Source: the human T2T-CHM13v2.0 reference genome, Homo sapiens. Taken from it: DNA of 64,000 nt. A model generated the notes under the pieces. It worked only from the letters and a program-made list of their open reading frames with translations. It was not told the DNA's origin and did no database searches. Below, one piece after another: positions 28,481 to 42,850 of the stretch (position 1 is the first letter of the stretch; each line of letters starts with the position of its first letter). The translations under genes and the position numbers were made by a program. The stretch lies in assembly GCF_009914755.1 (NCBI RefSeq), contig NC_060935.1. One strand, given 5' to 3'.

Positions 28481-28861
28481 CTTTAAACAACTTTTATTGA
28501 TAGAGATTTTCAATGTAAAAAATGTGAAGACCATTGGCTTATGATATGCCTCCTGAGAATGAGAGACTATGATGTGTCACTCAAAGCATTTCCTAAAAAT
28601 ACTAAAACTACAGAGGCCTCTTAGATCAAATTTATATCAGATTAGCCCAGTGCAGTGACATGTAGTCCCAGCTACTGGGGAGGCTGAAGCAGGAGGGTCT
28701 CTTGAGCCAAGGAGTTCCAGGCTGTAGTACACCTTAATTGCACCTGTGAATAGCCACTGTACTTTAGCCTGGATAACACAGAGATCCCATCTCTAAAAAT
28801 AAATAATTAATTAATTAATTCAGATTACTTCTCCCTTTAAACTTAAAAAAAATTATTAATT

Positions 28862-29224
<363 letters not shown>

Positions 29225-29521
29225 TAACCATAAACTAGACCGAGGATAAAACTAACATAATTTGCATATTAATTCTATCTATTTGAGGTAAATAATTGGT
29301 TACAGTTGATTTACTGATTTGTTTAGGCCCAAACTGTAGGTAGCTTTTAGTTTTCTGACCTCGTGGAGAATAGTCTTAAACCTACATCTTAGAACAAAAT
29401 TAATTTTCTTCCTTTCAGTAGATAGCAGTTAAGAGTATTACAGAGAAACACTCTAAAAATTGTTCATCTTGAATCTAAACACTCATTTTCTTTTTATTCT
29501 ATTTGTATTTATTTTTATATA

Positions 29522-29766
29522 TTTATTTTTTTTGAGACATAGTTTTCATCTGTCGCCCAGATACAAGCAGCTCTCCCACCTCAGCCTCCCAAGTAGCTGG
29601 GATCACAGGTGCACACCACCACACCTGGCTAATTTTTGTATTTTTTGGTAGAGACGGGGTTTTGCCATGTTGGCCAGGCTGGTGTCGAACTCCTGACCTC
29701 AAGTGATCTGCCCACCTTGACCTTCCAAAGAGCTGGGATTACAGGTGTGAGCCACCACACCCAGCC
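29522..29766 (-). mobile_element. Alu with right-arm deletion
   Basis: tgtcgcccaga joined to tacaagcagctctccc; left arm intact. Confidence 0.85.
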
Positions 29767-30109
29767 TCATTTTCTTTTTAAATAGACTTCTATTTAGTGT
29801 AGTTTGAAAAATCAGATTTATGACGATGACACACTTCATTCCGAATCTAGAAAAATGCATTTAAATAAAAGTATTTTACAGTAGAGCTATGAATATGAAA
29901 CTTTTAAACAATTAGAGTACTTTGTAACAATATTAAAGTATAGTACAAGTAATATCACATTGTGCCAGATTAGCTAGGCTACCAACCAGGTAAACTAAAG
30001 TACTCTATTTTTTTATTCTTTTAATCGGAATCTACCATGATAACATAGGACTAGAAACGTCAGTGAGGAGATGTTGAAAAGTAGATCTTCAAAACTTATA
30101 TTATCTATA

Positions 30110-30277
30110 CTAGTACTTCTCAAACTTTAATGTACATAAAAATCACTTGGCAGTTTTGTTAAAATGTAAATTCCAATTCAGTATGTCTGGGATGGGGCCT
30201 GGAATTCTGCATTTCTTACAGGTGGTTGAATAGTGCTACTACTGCTGGTCCAAGGACCACACTTAGAAGAGCAAGGA
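30110..30277. mobile_element. MER5-family hAT element
   Basis: ttctcaaactttaatgtacataaaaatcac...ggggcctggaattctgcatttct...ctggtccaaggaccacact. Confidence 0.75.
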
Positions 30278-30460
30278 TCTCAATTTTTCACAAACACATT
30301 AATCAGAAGGATATTGTCAGGCTTATGAACTTAGCCATCTTCGGAATTGTTCATAACTGTGATTCTTTTATTAGTAGTTTCAATTTAGGTAACTCGATAG
30401 AATATTGTGGAAAATTCCAGTACATTTCTGTCAGACTAATATGGAATTATTTATCAATAG

Positions 30461-30524
30461 GTAATGGAGACCAAAAGTATGTTGTACCTTGTGACAGAAT
30501 ATGCCAAAAATGGAGAAATTTTTG
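30461..30524 (+). CDS. SIK2: SIK2 coding exon 3 (aa 85-105 plus the first base of the next codon)
   Basis: [21 protein letters not shown]+G; hinge region with Thr96 gatekeeper; branch-like gactaat; caatag|GTA and TTG|gtaagc; 64 nt, phase 0-1. Confidence 0.97.
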
Positions 30525-31751
30525 GTAAGCTTTTTCCTTTAAATTTTCTATTAATTTGAAAAATTCACTAATCTGCATGAATGGGGTATTTTCTGTTAAT
30601 TTTCTGCTTATTTAAGTGTTGGTAATATAAGTGAAAAAAAATTAAGTGTTAGAAAATATTCAGTAACCTAAAATATGAAATATAACTTATTTCCTTGTAT
30701 TTATTATATTAAAGGTACTACTTCTGTCATCTCTATTAGAGACTGGAGAATCAAACATATGGAGGAACTTTTAGTCATATTGCAAAGGATATTTTCTTTC
30801 TTTTTATCTTCCTTTTTACCTTTCTTTTCTATGGAAAGATTAGTCAGCAAATATTTATTAAGCTTCTACTATGTCCCAGGCATTGTACTAGGTAATGGGG
30901 ATACTCTAGTGACCTAAATAGCACAATCTCTGTTATTGTGGATCTTACAGTTTAGTAAAGTATTCACTATAGGGGTAAGACCTCAGGCAAATCACTAAAC
31001 CTCTCTGGGACTTGATTCCTTTATCTCTAGTAAGAAAGTATTTGATTGGTGTTTATGATTCATTCGAACTTTAAAAAAAATTTAAATATTTTATTCTAGC
31101 TTTCACCTAAAATATCTGTTTATTTTTACTGTGTGGAACCAGAGCACTGTAGGTATCTAAATCTTTTTTGTTCTTAAAGTCCAAAATTGTTTTTTAAGCA
31201 GCTTTATTGAAGAATAATTCATATGTAGTAAATTACACGTATTTAATGCGTACAATTTAATGTTTTGATACACGTTTGTGAAACATTCACCACAGTCAAA
31301 ATATCCATCACTTCCAGAAGTTTCTTTGTGCCCTCTTTGTAACTCTTTTGCCCCATCTGACACCCAAAAAACCACTGACCTGTTTTTTGTCATTATGGAT
31401 CAGTTTGTATCTTTTGGAGTTTTATATAAATGGAATTATACAGGATATACTCAAATGTAATCATACAGGATATATTCTTTTTTTGGTCTAGCTTCTTTCC
31501 TTTACTATAATTATTTTGGGATTCATCCCATTTTATTGTATATATCAACATATAATTTCTTTTTATTGCAAGTAGTATTATATTATATGAATATACCCCA
31601 GTTTGCTTATTCATTCATATCTATTGATAGACATTTGGGTTGGTTTCAGTTTTTGGCTATTATACATAAGTTACTATGTACATTCGTATACAAGTCTACA
31701 CAGTCTACCTTCAGGTAATACTTACCACTTCGCATATAATATAAGAACCTT

Positions 31752-32048
31752 GGCTGGGCACAGTGGCTCACACCTGTAATCCCAGCACTTTTAGGAGGTC
31801 AAGGTGGGTGGATCACCTGAGGTCAGGAGTTCAAGACCAGCCTGGCCAACATGGTGAAACCCCTCCCTACTAAAAATACAAAAATTAGCTAGGTGTGGTA
31901 GTGCATGCCTGTAATCCCAGCTACTAGGCAGGCTGAGGCAGGAGAGTCACTTGAACTCAGAGGCGGAGGCTGCAGTGAGCCACGACCGCACCACTGTACT
32001 TTAGCCTGGGCGACAGAGTGAGATTTCATCTCAATTAAAAAAAAAAAA
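31752..32048 (+). mobile_element. AluSx
   Basis: Full dimer; approximate TSD aa(g/a)aacctt. Confidence 0.93.
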
Positions 32049-32146
32049 CCTTACATCAGTGTACTTCTCTTTTGCCCCTCCTGGCCTTTATGTTCTTGTT
32101 GTCATATTTTACTTAAACGTATTTTATAAAACATAATACAGTGCTA

Positions 32147-32669
<523 letters not shown>

Positions 32670-34649
32670 GTCTGAAGGATTTTCTTTAGTGTTTCTTGTA
32701 GCACAGATCTGCTGGTGATGAAATATTTCAGCTTTTATATGTCTAAAGTAGTCTTTATTTTTGTCTTTGTTTTTGAAAGATATTTGTACTAGGTATAGAA
32801 TTCTAAATGGACTTTTTTTCTTTCAGTACTTTATGTTGCTTCACTGTCTTCCCATTTGCACTGTTTCTGACAAAAAAACCACTGTTATCTTTTTCTTTAT
32901 TCCTGTGTATATAATGTGCCTTTTTTCTCTGGCTGCTTTTAAGGCTTTCTATTTACCACTGGTTTCAACAATTTCATTATGATGAGCCTTTGTGTGGTTT
33001 TCTTCATGATTCTTATGTTTGGTGTTCATTGAGCTTTTTGGATCTGTGACTATACTCTTTTCATCAAATTTGGATATTTTTCAGCCATTATTTTCTAACT
33101 AATTTTTCTCTTCCACCCCCTCTCTTCTCCTTCAGATATTCCAGTCAAATGTATATTAAACTGTTTGAAATTGCCCCACAGCTCACTGATGCTCTTTTCC
33201 ATTTTTAAAAAATTCCTTTTTTTCTATTTCATGTTGAGTAGTTGCTATTTCTGTCTTTAAATTCACGAATCTTTTCTTCTGCCATTAATCCCATCCAGTG
33301 TATTTGTCATCTCAGACATTGTAGTATTCTTTTCTATAAACTTGACTAGGACTGTTTTTTAATGCCTTCCATGTCTTTACTGATCTTTCTGAACATCTAG
33401 AATCCAGTTATGATAATTTTTAATGTCCATGTCTGCTGATTTCCAGCATCTCTGTCAGTTCTAGGTTGGTTTTGATTGGTTGATGTTTCTCCTCAGTTTT
33501 GGTTACATTTTCCTATTTCATTACATGTCTGGTAGTCTTTGATTGGATGCTAGACATTGCCAATTTTACCTTGAGCACCACATATTTTTGTGTTACTTTA
33601 GGTTTTCTTGAACTTTGTTCTGGGATGCAGTTAAGCCTACTTGGAAACAGTTTGATCCATTTGGGTCTTGCCTTCATAATTGAAACAGTGCTCAGTCTGG
33701 GTCTAGTTACTTCCCACTTCTGAGTACTCTACTCAATGCCCCATGAATGCTGAGGTTTTTTGGCCTGACAAGTAGGAACAGGCACCATTCCTGGCTTTGT
33801 GTAAGCACCAGGCAGTGTTCTCTCTCAGCCTCTCAGATGGTTTTTTCTCTGGCCTCTGGTGGTTTTCCCTCACACGTGAGCCAATCAGCACTCTCCTGAG
33901 TGCTCAAGGGACGGATCCCTCTGCAGACCTTTGGACTTCTTTCTGTGTGTAGCTCACTCTTATCTGGGACTCTCAGCATTGTCTACTCAACTCAAAGACA
34001 TTGCTGGGCCACACCTGGGTTTCCCCTCCCTGTGCTGTGGCGTAGAGATTCTCTCAAGGCATTAGTTGGAACATTCATGGTCTCGCCTCATTTGTCACCT
34101 GTTGCTCAGGGTTCACTTTCCTTTGCCTGATGTCCAGTGTCTTATAAACCATTCTCTCATGTATTTTGTATTTTTGTTGTTGAAGATGGGAAGGTTGTTT
34201 CAGGCTGGAGGACAAATCTATCTTAGCCAAAAGCAGAATTATTTAGTCCTTTCAAATGTGTTATTAATTTAAGGTATTTTAAAGAGAAAGAACCATATGC
34301 ACTTCTATAGTTTTGAAAAATACACTATTTGCAGTTGGATTCTAAATAAATAGTTCTGACTAAACTCATTGTATTTCAGAAAAGTTGTCTGTTTCCCTCT
34401 TTTGCTTAATTTTTTCTTTTATATGCTACTACTTAATAAGCTTATTTTAATTCTTAAAATATTTGTTTTAGCTAGCAGCATCTTGACTGATGCTATAATA
34501 GGCTGTTATGGGCTTTGAAGCTAAGCAAATCTGATTTACAATGCCGGCTATACCATATTAATTGTTCACATTACTTTGGGCAGGTTTCTTTCCTTTTCTT
34601 CCCTTTTTCCTCTTTATTCATTTTATTTTTCTTGCCTTTCTTTCCTATT

Positions 34650-35980
34650 TCTTACATTCACTTATTCATTCATTTATTCAGTCTTTCAAGAAATCCTTAT
34701 TGAAAACCAATTACTTGTCACACACTGTTATGTGGTAAGAAAACTGCAATGAAGAAAATAGACAAAAATCTCTACTCTTTTACATTCTAGTTTGGGAGAG
34801 AGAAACAAAATAGCTGAATTATGTAGTAGATTAGATAGTGATGAGTGCTATGTAAATAATAAAGCAAGGCTGGTTGGTTGGGAGGCATGGGAGTTGATTG
34901 CAAAATTAAATAGAGTGGTCAGAGGCTGGTTGGTTGGGAGGCATGGGAGTTGATTGCAACATTAAATAGAGTGGTCAGAGAAGGCCTCGCTGGCATTTGA
35001 GCACAGACTTTAAAGCACAGTCATGTCGATATGGTAGAACAGAGATTACCCAGGGAGAGGGAAGAATAAATGCAAATCCCTGAGGCAGCAGTGTGCTTGG
35101 TGTGTCCAAGGGGTAACAGGGAGGCCAGTATGGCTCAAGAGGAGCAAGCAAGAGAGAAGAGCAAGGAAGAAGAACAGTAGAAGAGGAGGTCAGAGGGTAA
35201 ATGAGAGGCAGGAGTAGGGCAGATTTGGGGGCATTGTGTAGGCCATTAGAAGGATTTTGACTCTTACATGAATAAAATTAGGGAACCATTTTCGGCTGGA
35301 TTTCAGCACAGAAGTGACTGCATCTAATGTATCATTTTAAAAGCATCACTCTGGCTGCTGTGTTGAGAATGGGAAAGGGTGGAGACAGGGAAACCAGGTA
35401 GGAAGCTGTTGGAGTAGTTCCAGTGAGGGGTGTTGACAGCCCAGACCGGGGAGTAGCAGTACAGGTAGTCCTAAGTGGTCAAACTCAGAATATATTTTGA
35501 AGTACAATCAGTAGGACTTCTCGACAGGTGGAGACTACCTAAGTAATAGGTATAATTATGGAAGAGGCCAAGATCTGATCCCTGAGGCATTTAAACATTA
35601 AAAGATTTAGAAAAGAGGAGAAACTAGCAGAAGAGACAGAGGAGGAAGAAAACCAAGAGAATGTGGTATCCTAGAAACCAAGTGACCAAAGTATTCTCAG
35701 AAGGATCAAGTGAACATCTGTGACAAATGATGCCGATAGATCAAAAATGATGAGGAATGACAGTTGACCATTGTATACTGCAGTTTGGTAAGAGCAGTTT
35801 TGGTGGAGTGACTGGGCCAAAAGCTAGATTGAAGGGGCTTACAGAGCAAATGAGAGAAGAAAAATGGAGAGAGCAAAATAGACAACCCTTTCAAGGAGTT
35901 CTGCTGCAAAAAGGGAAAAAAGAAATGAGGTAGTAGGTAGAGGCAATGAGTCAAGAGAAGGATTTTTAAGCCTTTGCCCA
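34650..35980 (-). mobile_element. LINE-2 (L2a-like), antisense
   Basis: cattcatttattc tail, aaatgcaaatccctgaggcag, atcactctggctgctgtgttgagaat, gtaagagcagttttggtggagtga. Confidence 0.8.
34867..34980. repeat. 56-bp tandem duplication (1 mismatch)
   Basis: aggctggttggttgggaggcatgggagttgattgcaa(a/c)attaaatagagtggtcag occurs twice. Confidence 0.97.
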
Positions 35981-37380
35981 TTGGAACATTTTTAAAGCTT
36001 TGGACTGTAGTTTTACAAGTAAAGTAGAAATAGCTGTTACATGTTAGGCATCATTTCTATGAAAATAGGATAGTCTAAATTGTTCTTTCTTGCTAAGATC
36101 TTTGAAACAAATTTGGATTACATTGTTTTATACACATTGAGACATAATTTGGGGATTTTTAAATGTATAAGGTTTATATTTAAAGTAAAATCTCTAGGGT
36201 AAATGGTCAATTGGAGTTCTGGAAAGAAGAATCTGATGTCCACAGAAAAGTTGGACAGTGAATGCTATTATCTTATTTTCCACTCTTGGGTACAGTTAAT
36301 TTCTTGACCATTGAAGATAATGAGTAATAGAATTAATTTAAAAAGATCATGAAATCTTTGGATAGTCTTCACTAGTTTGGAAGGGAAGAAGCTGAATTTA
36401 AAGGAGATGTGGAGATCATTTAGTTCAATTTGTTTTTATTTGCCTTGACTTTGTCATACAGCTTGAAGCCCAGCAGAACTCATGATCTTTTTTTTTTTTT
36501 TACAAAACTATTTCTCTCTTTTCCCTTACTTGGCTTAAACTGGAAACCTTGATGTCAGTATTGATTCCTTTTCCTTCCTACCTGAATGAGGTTTTGAATC
36601 CTGCCTATTCTACTTCCTAAGTATTTCTCTAGGAGGTCCCCATCTCTATAACCACTGTTAATGCCTCAGGTTAGGGTCCTCACTCTTCCTTCTCTGTATG
36701 TTGTGTCATTATCTCCTAACTGATCTATTTTTCATTTTCTTCAGAATTGTCTTTCTGAATCACAAACGTAATCATGTTGCTTTTATTTATTTTCTGAGTT
36801 TTCTAGTAATGACCATTAACTACAAAAAAAAAAAAAAGTAATTTTGAAAACAAGGTAATGGCCTGCAAACAGTTTTCAGTAGGATTAATGCTCAGTGTAC
36901 TGTACTCTGTTATCATGTACTTTATTACCATGGGCCCTTAAACATGCCTTGCTCTTAATTACTCTTTATAAGGAAGATTCCTTATACTGCTCCATGCTTC
37001 AGAGCTGTTTTAATGTTACACAGCAACCCTGTTTTAATTTTTCCATGTGGTCAGTTAAAAGAGTTGGGCATTATGCCAAGAGTTGAAGGTAGAAGAAAAA
37101 GAGATTGGTGCCCAAGAAGGGTAAGGATAAGGAATCCAACTAAGAAGGCGGGAGGCACAGGGAGCCTAGGAGAAACTAAGATGTAAATGGGCAAAAAATT
37201 GTTGCCTATATATGAAATATATAGGGAAGAAAAAGCATAGTAAACTGTAGATTCAGGTAGGCACAAGCACGGAATGGTCTGGTAGCCAGCCCATTTCTGA
37301 CATGGAGCCCATGAAGATATTAAAATAGAAATGAGAAGATTCCATCCAAATAACATTAATCAAGTAGTGAAAAATATGTA

Positions 37381-37692
37381 CATTAGTCCCCCCTATCAGA
37401 GGGGACTTTCAGCGGTTTCACTTACCTGAGGTCAACTATGGCCTGAAAATATTAAGATATTTTGTGAGAGACCACATTCATATACCTTTTATTACAGTAT
37501 ATTGTTATAATTGTTCTATTTTAGTATTGTTGTTGTTAACCTCTTACTGTGCCTAATTTACAAATTAGCTTTATCATAGGTATGTTTATCCAGGAGAAAA
37601 CATAGTACATATAAGGTTTGGTACTGTCTGCAGTTTCAGGCATCCACTGGAGGTCTTAGAACACAGCCCCTGCAGATAAGCGGGGACTACTG
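37381..37692. mobile_element. MER44A (Tigger7-derived MITE)
   Basis: TIRs cattagtcccccctatc / gataagcggggactactg flanked by TA; internal gagagaccacattcatatacctttattacag. Confidence 0.9.
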
Positions 37693-38529
37693 TATAAGAT
37701 TTTAAGTGAATTAAGCCCAAAATGTTTTAAACCAATTGGAGACTTAGATGGAAAAAAAACCATAGATAAACAGTAGTTAACTTTGTACTTTGAACTGTAT
37801 ATTAAGATTTCAGGTTTATAACTTCAGAGTCAGTCTTTATTTAACTTTACAAGTATTCCTTTATTGCTTACTCTGTGCTGGGAGGGTGTTATGTTCCCAA
37901 TGTTTTTTTCATTCTTAGTTTTGTATTTAGTTGGCCAGCAGATCATACTCTGTTCTTGCAAAATGACTTGAAATTAAATCCTTCTGTTTCCCCAGTCATC
38001 ACCCTGCCCTAAGCTTTCAACACTTCATGTCTTAATTAGCGAATCCTTCATGTTTTACCATTCTCTCTTTCTTCTCTAGTCAAGTACATTTTATATAATT
38101 CCTGTTTAATCTTCCTAAAGTATTATTTTTATTATATTACAACTGTGTTCAGTAACTTTCACTCACCTTCCTATTGCTCATTGGATAAAATCCAAACTCC
38201 TCAGTTTGCAAATAGGGTAGCTGCCCTAAGTGAATGGATGTGTCCAACTATTCCTTGCATAGGTCTATTTATTTAATATTATCCGTAGGTATGGACAACC
38301 AAATTGCCGAGTATAGTGTCTGCTTCATTATAAACCAACCTTCCTTTCTTTCTGTTTGTGTCTCTTGGGCTTATCTATCTTCCAAGTTTTTATTTTTGCA
38401 AAAGTTAAACATTTACTAGTATTAGTTTAAGGAGTCAAATAATTGTGCAAAGTTTGTTACGGATGATACAGTCCCCATGCTCCTGCCACTCCTCCCCCAT
38501 TTTCTCCTCTTTAGAGGCAACCGCTTTCA

Positions 38530-38531
<2 letters not shown>

Positions 38532-38614
<83 letters not shown>
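38532..38614. repeat. (TTTC)n tetranucleotide STR derived from an Alu tail
   Basis: About 20 TTTC units adjoining the Alu. Confidence 0.97.
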
Positions 38615-38615
<1 letters not shown>

Positions 38616-38888
38616 TTTTGAGACAGGATCTCACTCTGTCACCCATTCTGGAGTGCAGTGGCGCAATCACAGTTCACTGCAGCCTCGACCTCCTGGGCTC
38701 AAGCAATCCTCCTAAGTAGCTGGGACTACAAGTGTGTGCCACCATGCCAGGCTAATTTTTAAATTTTTTTGTAGAGATGGGATCTTGCCATGATGCCCAG
38801 GCTGGTCTCCAGCTCCTGGGTTCAAGTGATCCACATGCCTCAGCCTCCCAAAGCACTGGATTACAGGTGTGAGCCACTGCAACTGGCC
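38615..38888 (-). mobile_element. AluJ
   Basis: J-type dimer; ctttcat flanks both sides. Confidence 0.9.
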
Positions 38889-39769
38889 TACTTTCATTTA
38901 TTTTAGCTGACTAATTTAAACCTACCTTCATTTCCCTAAATAATGTGCTTATACTGGTATTTCTGGATTTTTTTTTCTATTTTAGACACAATCTTTTGAA
39001 TCTCTTGGATTCTTCCCCTATCCCTATATGTAAGAGGCATATTTTAGAGAGTCGTATAAAGACCAGTTGTGGGAAACCTTAAGTATTAGGAGTAGGAGAA
39101 GGGGTTAGGATCTTTATTAGAATGGCCATCTGAGAGCCAGGAAGTGATGATGCCTACAAGGGAGTTTTTTAGGAAGATAAATCCAGCAGTGGTGTGTCAG
39201 CTGAATTAGAGGAGGAGAAAAGAAGCCATTTAGGAGTACTTTAATTGTTTAGATGTGAGAGGCTGAATGTTTGGGTTAAGATGTTAGTTGTCAGAATCAT
39301 GAGAAAAGGTTTTAAGCAAGAGGCATTTCTAATTCTAAAAATAACAACTACTGTTATTTATTGAGCACTATATTTTTGTTGGGTACTGTCTAAAGTACTT
39401 GATTTATTTTTTAAAACCTTACAAAAAACTTACAAGGTAGGTACTGAAAGATTCAGTAATTTGTCCAAAGTCACACAGCAAATAAGCAACAGACTCTGGA
39501 TTTGAACCAGGCAATCCTAGAGCCTGTACTGTTAGTAATTATACTTTAGCACCTGTCAAGAATTCCTGTTGAGTGTCAAGAAGCAAACACCAAGTTAGGA
39601 TTTAAAGCAAACATGATTGAAGAATACTGTGGTGTGGTTGACAGTAGTGCCTAAGTCTGTTTTCAGAGTGAAAAATGACAAATTAGATTTTAAGTATGGT
39701 TTGGAGATAATATCAGGACAGTTAGTTTGCTACGGACAATTGATAGTTGAAAATATGGGAGCAAATGAA

Positions 39770-40670
39770 ATTCAACAGATAATTAAATTCAACCATAAAA
39801 AGACAACCCAATTTAACAATGGACAAAAGACTGGAACCAGACAAAAGATATACAAATGGCCAAAAAGCACATGAAAAATTACTCAACGTTTTTAGTCATC
39901 AGAGAAATGCAAATTAAAAACCACAGGGAGATATCATTTCACATCAGTTAGACTGATTAAAATTGAAAAAACTGACAACAATAAATTTTAGGCTGTGAAG
40001 CAACTAGAACTCTCATACATTGCTGGTAGGAATGTAAAATGGTACAACCAGTTGGGAGAACTGTTTGGCAGTTTCTTATGAAGTTAAACATGCATATACC
40101 CCATCACGCAACAATTCAATTCCTAGGTATTTGCCCAAGAAAAATGAAAACAAGTGTCCATAAAACGATTTTGAGAAGAATGCAAATTTTTATAGCAGGC
40201 TTTTTTCACAGTCACGCAAAGTCGGATCAACCCAAATGTCCATCAGTGGGAAAATGTATCCAGAACAAATCGTAGTATAGTAATACAAAGGCAGATGATT
40301 CAAAAAGGAAATGAACTATTTATGCATGCAACAACATGCATACATCTTACAGACATGTGCTAAGTAAAAGAAGCTGGACACAAAAGAGTACAGATTATAT
40401 ATGGTTCTATTTACGTGAAATTCTATAACAGTCAACACTAATGGATAGTAATGAAAGCTGGAAAGTTGCCTCCAGGGAGAGGGGAGAACTGACTGGAGAG
40501 GGACAAGAGAGAACTATGTTGGGTGATGGAAATGGAAATGTTTTATTTTTGTTTTGAATGGTGGTTATACAGAATATACAATTACCTCATATAGTTAACC
40601 ATCTAAGAGTTTGCATCTTATTGTATATAAATCATACTTCAGTAAATCCTTGTCTCTCTCAAAAAAAAAA
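39770..40670 (+). mobile_element. Old L1 (L1ME/MC-like) 3' end, sense to SIK2
   Basis: gaaatgcaaattaaaaaccaca, cattgctggtaggaatgtaaaatggtacaacc, caacccaaatgtccatca. Confidence 0.85.
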
Positions 40671-42609
40671 GGAGAGTTTAGTAATAGAAGTATAGATTTG
40701 AGGATTACCTGAATAGAAGTGATCAATGAAGCTGTAATAATGAGATTTCAGAATTAAGAAGGCTAAGAAGTGAGTTGGTTATGCCTTTTATTAGAAGCAG
40801 GTGGAAGAAAGGAATTGATGGAGTAGAAGAGTGGCTTGGGAAATATGGACAGTTTCTTTCCTGATTAGCCAAAGGAGCTTGGAATGAAGTGGGGGTATTT
40901 GGTCATTAAGAGATCACCAGTCACTTCAAAGAAAGTACTTTTCAGTAAACTGGAAGCTACAACCAGATTTCAAGAGGTTAAGGATGCATGGGTGATAAAG
41001 GGAGAAAGATATTATAAAACTACCTTTTGAAGTTCTCAAGGTGGAAAGAAGGGAAGGAAAGAATTGAGGGGTAATAGGGTCTACATAGGATTCAGTATTA
41101 TGTAATGGTTTTGGTTGTGGTCTTGGTGTTTGAAACAGCTAGAAAAGAAAAGAATGTAGGCAGGAAGAAAGAGATGGTGAAATAAGGTCCCAGAGTAGAC
41201 AAGAGACAATGGGATTAAGGGCACAGAGGGAATGATTAGTTTAGAAGAGAGGAATTCCTCCTTCTCTGAAAAGGTGTGCATTGGTGCAGTTACAATGATA
41301 ATTAGAGATTGTGCCAAGGATCTGGCCTACAAAGGCTCTTTGTGGTAGAATAGAAGGAAGATGAGTTTGTTGATTCAAGATAGAGGTATTTCATTCTGTA
41401 GTGTAGCTGATGAGACATCAGAGAAAGGCAGTACATTAGACACTGTAGTGAGAGAAAGGTTTAGAACAGCTAGCAGTGCTCATATGATTGTCAGGGGATG
41501 AATAGAAGGATCAATAATTAGCAGTGAGGGAGTTTATGGTAGACTCACATCAGCAGTGCTTTTCAATCCAAGAGGAGAAAAAGTAGACAATATGAATGAA
41601 TGGCCCAGGTTGAGGATTAGAATGGTGGAAGATGAAATGCATGTAAGAGTTGCTGTGGTCAGAGAGGTCATTGTTGAAAAGGCTGATTGTGAGATCCAAG
41701 TTCAGGAGAGAGATAAGTGAAGCAACAAAAGGGCCTTATGAGCTGGAATAATAGAAGAGTGGAGAGACTGAAGAGGTTCAAGTACTTTAAGGGAACAACA
41801 TTTATATATTAAAAATATTTAAAACTCTAGCCTTGAGTCTGTGCATAACTCCCAGCAGCTTGCCACTTTCAATTTCTCTTCTACTCTTAGCACAGTTGCC
41901 TTAACCGTGCCCTGCTACTTCCAGGAAGGCCTTAGGTCTTTGCACTTTTCTCTTCTACTTCTTGAATAGAGAGGCTTCCTGTGCCATCTGGTTTTCTTGC
42001 TCCATCTGACTAGCTTACGCCAAAAGAGCAATTATGGTGGCATGCTGGGAATGCATCTACGGTGTGTGATTCATGCATTATGAGGCTCTGATGGTTATCC
42101 TTTATTTTTGTTCAGTTAATTATATTGTACCTCATTCCACAAAGAGTTGAAGTAGTTTCAAAGGAGAATAATACCCCCAAAATTCTAGAATATAAATAAG
42201 AAGAAAGAGTTGAATCAGAAAATAGATATAAAAGTAGAAAACAATTGTCAGGAGGAAAAAGGAACAGAAATATGCAGGACATAAGGGCCTAAGAACTTCA
42301 CATTTGGCTTCAAGCTTTGTGGCTGTCAAAGTGAATAGAAGATGCAGGCATTTACCGAATTTTATCTAAGAGAAGGAACGGTACCTCTTCCTCGAAGAAA
42401 GCAAAACTTTTCTTAGTAGTAAATTCTAGAATAAAATTTTCCTTTGGCATTTCTAATAAGAGGTACTAAGTAAGTCATCTTGTTAAAATAAAAATTTGAT
42501 CCTGTTAAAAATTTTCAGGGACTTCCCTTGCTTTTGGGGTAAAGTCCAGGATCCTTAACAAGGTCATCAAGGATCATTGCACTCTATATACCCTACCCTT
42601 AAAAATAAT

Positions 42610-42850
42610 AGCAAGAAAGATTATCATTTCTTGAACTCTTACCATATATCAGGCATTGTGTTCAGTCCTGTACATAAACTATGTCATTTCATCCTCTCAG
42701 AAACCTTATAAGATGGATTTTACAGTTGAAGAAACTGAGGGACAGAGACCTTACACAATTTGCCCAGGGTCACAGAGCAAGTAAGCAAGTAGGTGGCATA
42801 ACCAAGACTTGAAGCCATATTCTGACTTCATGTACTAACTGATTATATGC
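42610..42850 (-). mobile_element. MIR SINE
   Basis: ttttacagttgaagaaactgagggacagaga...tttgcccagggtcacag. Confidence 0.75.

Noticed and set aside
30226-30528. 100-aa ORF overlapping exon 3
   Set aside because: It is in a different frame from the kinase exon, begins in MER5 sequence, and has no recognisable motif
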